In this document: one piece after another, positions 8,897-16,196 of the stretch
How the letters are laid out: each line of letters starts with the position of its first letter
Position numbering within the stretch: position 1 is the stretch's first letter
Assembly (NCBI GenBank): GCA_965261085.1
Contig: OZ253442.1
Location: 480,001 to 544,000, forward strand
Length of the DNA: 64,000 nt
Reading direction: 5' to 3'
Source: a bacterium
GTDB lineage: Bacteria > UBA8248
The notes under the pieces: model-generated
Told to the model about the DNA's origin: nothing
Seen by the model: the letters and a program-made list of their open reading frames with translations, nothing else
The model's database searches: none
Position numbers and translations under genes: made by a program

Positions 8897-10204
8897 ATGT
8901 TCTACATTTCCCGCATACGGCTTTCCAACATCAAATGCTTTGAAGAAGTGGATATTAATCTCTCCCAACCGTCTCAGGACAACGCAAGTTGGACGCTGCT
9001 TCTCGGCGATAATGGCACGGGCAAGACGAGCCTTCTGCGTTCAATCGCCATGTGCCTTTGCGACAAGACAGGAGCCTCTGGTCTTCTGACCGAGTTGTCG
9101 GGGAACGTCATCCGTGATGGATACGATGAGGCTAAAATAGAGCTGAAACTTGTTTCCCCCACAGAGCCGGACGCAACCTACACGATAACCACGACATTTA
9201 AGAAAAATGATTCGAACACCGAGGATGTTGACCAAACAATCGAACCGGAAAAAGGTTTTTCTCGCGCGGAGCTACTCGCGTGTGGTTATGGGGCCGCGTT
9301 CGGCACCATTGGGAGTGAAGTCTTTGATCAATATCGCCTTATCGATGCCGTCTATTCCCTCTTTAATTACGCAGCCCGGCTTCAGAATCCCGAGAATGCG
9401 CTCTTCCGCATCTCGCGGGAGGGAGTCGACCTCAAACAACTACTGGAGCGGATCGATCGAATTTTAATGCTCCCAATCGGCTCTACTGCTTTGGACTCAT
9501 CCGGCCTCCGGGTTTGCGGGAAGTGGGGTGACTATGTTCCCGCAGGCGCGCTCGGCGATGGATACGCCGCAACGCTTTCATGGGTCTGTGACCTTCTTGG
9601 GTGGTCGCTTCTCGCTACCCGCAGCAAGTTCGACGTTCGTGTTCGGGGGATCGTGCTTCTCGACGAGATGGAAAGACATCTCCATCCATCGTGGCAGCGT
9701 GAAATAGTTGGGTTACTTGCCAGGGAATTTACCGGTGTTCAGTTCATCGCGAGCACACACGCGCCTCTGACCGTGATCGGGTCAGCCTCGCTTTCCGACG
9801 AATGCTGCCAGTTGATCCTCTTCGAACAGGGCCAGGATGGTGTCGAAGTTCAATCGGGCCTGAATCCACCGCGCGGTCGGCGTGCGGACCAAGTGCTCAC
9901 CTCGTACCTGTTTGGGTTGCCATCGACGACCAGCGATGACGTTATTCAGAAAATTGAGCGATATGCGAAATTGAAGCGATATGACTCATCGGACACTGAC
10001 ACTCGCGAGGAGATTGAAAACCTCCGTAAGTTCCTGACCGAGACGCTTGGAACGCCGGAGACGGAGTTGCAGCGCTCGGTGGAAAAAGCCGTTCATGACA
10101 CTTTGAACGCAATGCTACGGGAGGATTTGGACAGCGATGTGCTGAGGTGGGAGACGCGAAGACAACTCCGCGATTTGTTTGCTCCCAAGGGTAAGCACAT
10201 ATGA
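8897..10204 (+). CDS. ABC/AAA_21-type ATPase, Septu PtuA-like
   Basis: RLSNIKCF, Walker A GDNGTGKTS, signature LGDGY, Walker B VLLDEMERHLHPSWQR, STHAP. Confidence 0.88.
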   Translation: MFYISRIRLSNIKCFEEVDINLSQPSQDNASWTLLLGDNGTGKTSLLRSIAMCLCDKTGASGLLTELSGNVIRDGYDEAKIELKLVSPTEPDATYTITTTFKKNDSNTEDVDQTIEPEKGFSRAELLACGYGAAFGTIGSEVFDQYRLIDAVYSLFNYAARLQNPENALFRISREGVDLKQLLERIDRILMLPIGSTALDSSGLRVCGKWGDYVPAGALGDGYAATLSWVCDLLGWSLLATRSKFDVRVRGIVLLDEMERHLHPSWQREIVGLLAREFTGVQFIASTHAPLTVIGSASLSDECCQLILFEQGQDGVEVQSGLNPPRGRRADQVLTSYLFGLPSTTSDDVIQKIERYAKLKRYDSSDTDTREEIENLRKFLTETLGTPETELQRSVEKAVHDTLNAMLREDLDSDVLRWETRRQLRDLFAPKGKHI

Positions 10205-11049
10205 TCAAGATCAATTTTCAGGAGCCGACGAGTGAGGAATGGCAGGAATGGCGCCAAAAATGCGATGCTGCCCGCGACGAAATGATTGAGAGTTTTGAGA
10301 ACGGCCAGAAACTGAATGTCACGAATCTTTATAAGGACCTGCGTATGCAGAGCGTATACAAGTCAGGAAAAGCGCCTTTCTACGGTAAGTGCGTTTACTG
10401 CGAGTCCGATGTTCTGGTCAATCAGCCAGGAGACATTGAACATTGGCGGCCCAAGAATCGTGTAACCGACGAGAAGGGTTGCATCATTAAGATTGAAACT
10501 GAGGACGGTACGACGGTCTCGCATCCCGGCTACTATTGGCTCGCTTACGAATGGCGGAATCTTCTTTTGGCCTGCGCAGATTGCAACAGACCCTCGAAGG
10601 CGAAGACTGATCGGCGGATCGGAAAGTCGGATCAATTTCCTGTGGAGGATTTTAGAGCAACAAAAATGGGCGAAGAATCCCAAGAGTCCCCTATCCTGCT
10701 CAATCCTGTCGAGGAAGACCCCGCAGCTCACCTCGAAGTCGATGATACCGGAGTCATAATCGCCAAGACCGACCGCGGTCAAAAGTGTATTGATATTTTT
10801 GGGTTGAATGACCGCGAAGCGTTACGGGATGCAAGGCGGGAGTGTATCAAAAACACAAAATCACGGATTGAATCGATGGTTTGGAAGGTGTGGGCGGCGT
10901 CGCGGCAAGACGACGAAGAAGATGCAATGCGCGAGCTTTCCGAGAAAGTTGAAGAGATCGAGAGCGGTGCGGCTCCATATTCTGCATGTGGTCGCCTCGT
11001 TTTGCTTAAATCTAGGAACAAGTTGGGACGACTTGTTGGCCGTTTGTGA
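10201..11049 (+). CDS. HNH endonuclease, Septu PtuB-like
   Basis: GKCVYCE, DIEHWRPK, GYYWLAYEWRNLLLACADCN, GKSDQFP, LLNP; ATGA overlap with the ATPase. Confidence 0.88.
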   Translation: MIKINFQEPTSEEWQEWRQKCDAARDEMIESFENGQKLNVTNLYKDLRMQSVYKSGKAPFYGKCVYCESDVLVNQPGDIEHWRPKNRVTDEKGCIIKIETEDGTTVSHPGYYWLAYEWRNLLLACADCNRPSKAKTDRRIGKSDQFPVEDFRATKMGEESQESPILLNPVEEDPAAHLEVDDTGVIIAKTDRGQKCIDIFGLNDREALRDARRECIKNTKSRIESMVWKVWAASRQDDEEDAMRELSEKVEEIESGAAPYSACGRLVLLKSRNKLGRLVGRL

Positions 11050-11190
11050 ACTGTTGACCACCCAGACCGCCAGAGGTAGAGACCCGTTCGTCGCAAGCCG
11101 TTAATGGGACAGGTCGGAAATGAAGAGCCGGCCCATCCAACACAGCGAATCCCTGATGGGCAAAAGGCTCTTCTCTGTGAGCCCAAGCAG

Positions 11191-11274
11191 GAAGAGCTAT
11201 ACGGAGGAGCGCTCATCCTTGATTTGCACGACTGCGATACCGCCATCATGCGCGCCGTGCGGACTCAACCCTGA
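11191..11274 (+). pseudogene. Remnant 5' fragment of a second SAM-decarboxylase-like gene
   Basis: Frame-1 translation EELYGGALILDLHDCDTAIMR aligns with RVYGFELVLDLHGCEAELFNR of 6621..7064; it ends at TGA next to a repeat half-site. Confidence 0.65.
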
Positions 11275-11294
11275 CCCTCAAGGGGGGAGTGGTT
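11275..11294. repeat. Solo end of the inverted-repeat element seen at 37167-37333
   Basis: ccctcaaggggggagtggtt is the exact reverse complement of 37164-37183. Confidence 0.75.
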
Positions 11295-11319
11295 TCTCCC
11301 TCATCGCTCGGAATTCACT

Positions 11320-11350
11320 TTGACACGCGCGGCCCGGAATGTGGTATGAT
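11320..11350 (+). promoter_or_regulatory. Sigma70-type promoter of the cupin gene
   Basis: TTGACA-19 nt-TATGAT with an extended -10 TG. Confidence 0.55.
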
Positions 11351-11419
11351 TCGGCGCGTTATTGGTGAAACCCCCGCCGGGAGCGGGCGCGGATTCAAAC
11401 CTCAAGAGGATGCGACGCC

Positions 11420-11773
11420 ATGAAGGTGATGAACTATAAGGAAGCGGAACTCAAATCGGAGAAGGCGGCCAAGGGCGCGGGCATCCGCTGGCTGCTCAGC
11501 GAGCGCGACGGCGAGACCGAAATGGCGATGCGGGTCATCGAAATCGAAGCGGGCGGACAGACGCCCGACCATTCCCACTCCTGGGAGCATCAGGTGTTCA
11601 TGCTCAAGGGCGAGGGCCGCGTGACCGTCGAGGGCGAGTCGCGGGACATCGCGCCGGGCTCGGCCATATTCGTCGCCCCGGGCGAGAATCACACCTTCCA
11701 CAACGATTCGGACGAGACCATGGAGTTCGTCTGCATGATTCCCGTGAGCGCCACCCAGGCGTATGAGCACTAA
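11420..11773 (+). CDS. Cupin-domain protein
   Basis: TPDHSHSWEHQVF...G...PGENHTFHN. Confidence 0.9.
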   Translation: MKVMNYKEAELKSEKAAKGAGIRWLLSERDGETEMAMRVIEIEAGGQTPDHSHSWEHQVFMLKGEGRVTVEGESRDIAPGSAIFVAPGENHTFHNDSDETMEFVCMIPVSATQAYEH

Positions 11774-11883
11774 GACGGGAAAACCTCTCGCTACAGCTTC
11801 AGAATATCTGAAAATATCGATAAATTCACGGCGTTATTCGATAAATTTCTGAAAAGGCGCCATCCGGCGGCTCTTCCCAAGCG

Positions 11884-11931
11884 CTACAATATATTGCGCT
11901 GAACAAAAATTCCTCACACAACATACAGGCG
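11884..11931. promoter_or_regulatory. Tandem NrdR-box-like motifs
   Basis: CAATATATTG at 11887 and CAACATACAG at 11919, 32 bp apart. Confidence 0.5.
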
Positions 11932-11959
11932 CTCTCCGTTCACTCGTAGAGAAACTCCC

Positions 11960-12143
11960 TCAAAATCAATTTTAAATACTATAACAAAGTAAATATCAAT
12001 AACTTATAATAATTCTTGCATAAACAACTTTAAGAGAGGCGGAATATCAATAAATTATATTATTTATAAAATCAATAAATACAATATGATATGGGGATTA
12101 GTAAAAAAACTACTTGAAATAAATCCTAAGCCTTTGGTATATT
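11960..12143 (+). promoter_or_regulatory. Very AT-rich promoter region with two IHF-consensus sites and a TTGAAA-18-TATATT promoter
   Basis: TATCAAtaacTTA (~11994) and TATCAAtaaaTTA (~12045) fit WATCAANNNNTTR; promoter at 12114-12143. Confidence 0.5.
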
Positions 12144-12170
12144 CCGCGAAGTCCCAATCCGTCCTATTGG

Positions 12171-13634
12171 GTGTTGGAAATGACGAATCTGGAAAGAGAT
12201 ATTTTCTCCCTCATCACGCTCGTCAGCAACGTCACGGAAGCCTACTCCGCCTGCTTATTCCTTGAAAACAAAAGGCGTAAGACCTACCAACTCACCACAT
12301 ATCACAGCCTCAGCCCATACATTCTCGCGGATGCCTCGGTCGATGTAGGACAGGGCTTCATGGGTTGGGTTTTGGAGAACAATGAGCCGTTAAGTGTCAA
12401 TCAGTTCGACAAAGACACCCTGGTTCTCGGTTATTACAGCAGAAACGAGGATATCAAATCCTTCATGGCGACCCCCCTGCCCTCTTCAATCAACAAAGGG
12501 GCGCTCGCCATCGACAGTAAAAAAAGTTGGTGTTTCACGTCCAAAGACCAAAAAATACTCGCGGGGTTCGCCCAGCAATTCGCCTACCTTGCAGACGGTG
12601 CCTTGACGACCGTTCAAGTGGAGCGACGCTCCATGAACGTTCCCGCCTTCAGCAGATATTTGACTTCGCTTCGCTCAAGCGATAATGAAGATCAATTGCT
12701 GAATGCGATATGCCAGGTACCGCGCGAGTTGCTTCCCTTCGACGCCTGCTTCCTCGTCCTCATCGACGAGGAAGCAGGCGTCCCCCGTCTTATCCGAACC
12801 TCTGGGTTTGGGGAACTCTTTCTGGGCGAAGTGACCATTAGTGAACGCGCAAGTCTGGCAGGCTATGTATTAAGCAAAAAGGAAAGCTTAAGACTCCCGG
12901 ATCTGAAGGGGAAAAAGGGAACCAGGCCTCTCTTTCATCATGATGAACCCCGTCTTGAAGCGCGTTCCGCCGCGTGTCTTCCCCTCATCTCAAGGGGTGA
13001 AATTCTTGGTTGTCTAGGATTCGCAAGCAAACGTCGAGCCCAATTTGACGCTTCTTCTATCCAGCGTGGAGAAATCATTGCAGCTCTTGTGGCGGATGCC
13101 ATCGCAAACCGGAAAAACGAGTTGCGCTGGCAAGCACGTTTAGAAATCGACCCCCTTACCGGAGAACAGAATGTGGAATATCTACATTCTCGTCTTCATG
13201 AAATTATCTGCGAGGCGGAAACAAAGGGTCGTCAACTCGCGTTGCTCAGCATCGCTCCTGACGCTTCATCAGAATTCAGTGATACGCCTGAGGAAGAAGT
13301 TATTCTTCATCTCTCAAATTCGCTTAAACCATTCGCTGCTGGAAATGATATTTTAGTGCGGCATGAGGGGCCACGTTTTCTCTTGTTATTGCAAGACTCC
13401 TCCCAAGAATACGCTGAAGCCGTAGCAGAGCGAATTATACATGTAGTTAATCACACCCCCTTCTACCTCGGTGGGAAAGAGTTCGAAATCACAATTTCAA
13501 TAGGTGCTGCATGTTTCCCTGAAACTGCGCGAAGCTCAAAAAGCCTTATCAAGTCATCTCTTGAAGCATTAGGTTTTGCTCAAAAAGGGGGGGCGGTAAA
13601 TCAATTTTGTTTTATGGGGGGAGATAGATCATGA
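12171..13634 (+). CDS. GAF-GAF-GGDEF-like protein with a degenerate active site
   Basis: Two GAF-like regions; IDPLTG and ITISIGAACFP are present, but the GGDEF position reads RHEGPRF. Confidence 0.8.
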   Translation: MLEMTNLERDIFSLITLVSNVTEAYSACLFLENKRRKTYQLTTYHSLSPYILADASVDVGQGFMGWVLENNEPLSVNQFDKDTLVLGYYSRNEDIKSFMATPLPSSINKGALAIDSKKSWCFTSKDQKILAGFAQQFAYLADGALTTVQVERRSMNVPAFSRYLTSLRSSDNEDQLLNAICQVPRELLPFDACFLVLIDEEAGVPRLIRTSGFGELFLGEVTISERASLAGYVLSKKESLRLPDLKGKKGTRPLFHHDEPRLEARSAACLPLISRGEILGCLGFASKRRAQFDASSIQRGEIIAALVADAIANRKNELRWQARLEIDPLTGEQNVEYLHSRLHEIICEAETKGRQLALLSIAPDASSEFSDTPEEEVILHLSNSLKPFAAGNDILVRHEGPRFLLLLQDSSQEYAEAVAERIIHVVNHTPFYLGGKEFEITISIGAACFPETARSSKSLIKSSLEALGFAQKGGAVNQFCFMGGDRS

Positions 13635-14668
13635 AACTACATTTTCTAAAGGGCCTCAGATCCTGGATGGGGCCCAATATCGCGATGGACCTAGGAACAG
13701 CGAATACCTTGGTTTACACAAAAAATGCCGGAATCGTTCTTGATGAACCTTCTGTTGTCGCTTTGAACTCAAAAAATGGAGGGGCCGTTCTCGCAGTAGG
13801 TAAGAAAGCCAAGGAAATGTACGGCCGGACCCCAGATTCAATTCGAACAATTCGTCCTATGAAAGATGGGGTGATCGCCGATTTTGACGTAACCAAAGCA
13901 ATGATACGTCATTTTGTTAAAGCAATTGTACCCAAAAGGTCTTTTAGCCGACCTACAATGATGGTTTGCGTTCCCTCAGGAATCACTAGTGTCGAAATGA
14001 AAGCCGTGATTGATTCCGCCACTCAATGTGGGGCCGGCAAGGTCCATCTAATAGAAGAACCCATGGCTGCGGCCATTGGAAGCAAACTACCAATCCATGA
14101 AATCGCAGGCTCAATGATTGTTGATATTGGGGGAGGAACAACCGAAATGGCCGTCATCTCCCAATATGCCGTTGCATATTCAGAATCTCTCCGTATGGCA
14201 GGAGATGCAATGGACGAATGCATACAACGCCACATCAAAAGACACCACGGTTTATCGATAGGATCATTCGAGGCTGAGCGCGTAAAAATGGAGATTGGCG
14301 CAGCTGCTCCTCCTTCAGAGCCGCTTGAAATGGAAATTTCAGGCGCAGATGTTTCCACTGGCATGCCTCGCACCATTAAGCTAACCGATGAATCAGTGCG
14401 AGAGGCTCTCGACGGCCCCGTGAAAGCCATAGTTGAATCAATCAGAAAAGCTCTATCCAAAACAAGCCCTGAGCTTGCTTCAGATATCTACCGACGAGGA
14501 ATCGTATTAGCGGGCGGGGGTTCGCTCTTAAAAGGACTCGGGACGAGGCTCCATGATGAGACAGGTCTCCCCATTTATAGAGTAAAAGACCCACTCACCA
14601 CAGTCGTCCGTGGAACTGGATACGTACTAGACCACTTAAAAGACTTCAAGCAAGTCTGTCTGAACTGA
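13631..14668 (+). CDS. mreB: Rod shape-determining protein MreB
   Basis: AMDLGTANT, RPMKDGVIADF, IEEPMAAAIG, DIGGGTTE, LAGGGSLL. Confidence 0.95.
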   Translation: MKLHFLKGLRSWMGPNIAMDLGTANTLVYTKNAGIVLDEPSVVALNSKNGGAVLAVGKKAKEMYGRTPDSIRTIRPMKDGVIADFDVTKAMIRHFVKAIVPKRSFSRPTMMVCVPSGITSVEMKAVIDSATQCGAGKVHLIEEPMAAAIGSKLPIHEIAGSMIVDIGGGTTEMAVISQYAVAYSESLRMAGDAMDECIQRHIKRHHGLSIGSFEAERVKMEIGAAAPPSEPLEMEISGADVSTGMPRTIKLTDESVREALDGPVKAIVESIRKALSKTSPELASDIYRRGIVLAGGGSLLKGLGTRLHDETGLPIYRVKDPLTTVVRGTGYVLDHLKDFKQVCLN

Positions 14669-14693
14669 TTTTCACGAGCACCACCCCCCCCAA

Positions 14694-14731
14694 CCGGGGG
14701 CCCGGCCCCATGCGCAATACCGGGCCCCCGG
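14694..14731. terminator. GC-rich hairpin downstream of mreB
   Basis: Perfect 12-bp inverted repeat ccgggggcccgg / ccgggcccccgg; no strong U tract. Confidence 0.5.
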
Positions 14732-14844
14732 CCCTTCCCACATAGAATGAATGTAGAGAGATTTTACTCTCAGTAACAATCGGTTAGAATCAGTGAGAAT
14801 TGCTAATCGTATTTAAAATTCTTAACTTCAGCTAGGAAAATAAA

Positions 14845-15117
14845 ATGGCTTTCTCACAACAAGGCGATTCATATTCATTCGAGTCATCAATAGAGGAGTT
14901 GAAACTCATATACAGAATATTACATCGCCACATCGGAGAACACCTGGAGCTTATGGATAGTGAGTTCATGGATGAATTGCAGATCGCGCTACAAACCAAA
15001 GCCCAAAAAGAAGGGGTGGACATAGGCCATCACGGTGCATGGGACCTATGGCTGGGCAATGATGCGGCAACGCCATGTGAAGAACGTGTGAAAAAACGAA
15101 AAACATTCGATAATTAA
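14845..15117 (+). CDS. Hypothetical protein (90 aa)
   Basis: AGGA RBS, protein-like composition, convergent with aroE. Confidence 0.7.
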   Translation: MAFSQQGDSYSFESSIEELKLIYRILHRHIGEHLELMDSEFMDELQIALQTKAQKEGVDIGHHGAWDLWLGNDAATPCEERVKKRKTFDN

Positions 15118-15992
15118 ACCTCACCCTTGAGGCGTAACTCCAACGCTTCGTGTAAAACTTCCATCACAATATCCGTAGGCATATCCACGCCCGTCCACAT
15201 TTTCCAAGCAGCCGCTCCTTGATATACCAACCAACCCGTTCCGCGAACAATTCGAGCGCCAGACCGTCTGGCTGATTTTAGAAATTCCGTATCAGGTGGA
15301 GTGTAAACAGCATCCGAGCAGATACAGCCTTTCGGTATAGCGTCTTCGGGAATCGGCTTGGTAGCCATACGCTCCGCGTCTCCCCACATCCCGAGGCTTG
15401 TTGTATTCACGATAATCTCACAACCATCAGCCGCCGAATACAAATCATCCAAACCACCACCCATTATTTTAGAAGATGGAATACTCTTCTCCACAAAGTG
15501 TGCTAATTCTAAGGCCTTTTCCGATGTTCGATTTCTGATTTCAAGATGAGCCGCTCCACACTGGGCTATTTTGACGGCAATGGCTCTCGCGGCCCCTCCC
15601 GCACCCAAAACAAGACATTTCTTTCCCTTGGGATGTTCTCCCGTTGTTTCCTCTAAAAATCGGAGCCAACCGATCCCATCTGTATTGTGACCAACGAGAC
15701 GACCGTCTTCTTCAAAAACTATCGTATTTACAGCACCCATCAACCGGGCATCCTCGCTGAGTTCATTCATCAGCTTAGCGACAGCCACCTTGTGCGGAAT
15801 TGTGATCGTGAGTCCACGAAATCCCATTGCCTGGGCTCCTCGCACAGCTTCTTCCAAATAATCGGGGTGTACCTCATACGAAAGATAATGGTAATTCACA
15901 CCCAAAACCTCAGCCGCTTTGTTATGGAGTACTGGTGATAAAATATGACCTGCCGGGTATCCAAAAACACCCAGTGGTATCGGATTTGGCAT
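15114..15992 (-). CDS. aroE: Shikimate dehydrogenase (AroE family)
   Basis: SPVLHN, TIPHK, GAVNT, GHNTDG, LGAGGAA, NRT, VNTTSLGM; some canonical residues vary (GHILSP, GWLVYQG). Confidence 0.88.
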   Translation of the reverse strand: MPNPIPLGVFGYPAGHILSPVLHNKAAEVLGVNYHYLSYEVHPDYLEEAVRGAQAMGFRGLTITIPHKVAVAKLMNELSEDARLMGAVNTIVFEEDGRLVGHNTDGIGWLRFLEETTGEHPKGKKCLVLGAGGAARAIAVKIAQCGAAHLEIRNRTSEKALELAHFVEKSIPSSKIMGGGLDDLYSAADGCEIIVNTTSLGMWGDAERMATKPIPEDAIPKGCICSDAVYTPPDTEFLKSARRSGARIVRGTGWLVYQGAAAWKMWTGVDMPTDIVMEVLHEALELRLKGEV

Positions 15993-16196
15993 GAGCAATC
16001 TCCTGAATATCATTTCATTTGGCTAACACGACATTGGCGTGATAAACTTATTACTATTACGATAGCCTAGAGTTTTCGGAACGCATTCGCAATCGAGATA
16101 TCACTGCATCTCTTTTGGGGTTTCATATCCTGAAGACTCGATTTCGCAACATAAAATACTAGATATCATTTAAATAAGCAGTATATTGGGGGCCCC

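Noticed and set aside
8455-8897. Possible retron msr-msd upstream of the ATPase/HNH
   Set aside because: No reverse transcriptase in the window and no clear a1/a2 inverted repeat; the region is better explained as a gene scar.
11790-12170. oriC
   Set aside because: No DnaA-box cluster noticed and no dnaA/dnaN/gyrB context.
16141-16171. dif-like site (ttatgttgcgaa on the minus strand)
   Set aside because: Only a partial XerD-like arm; the XerC arm does not match.
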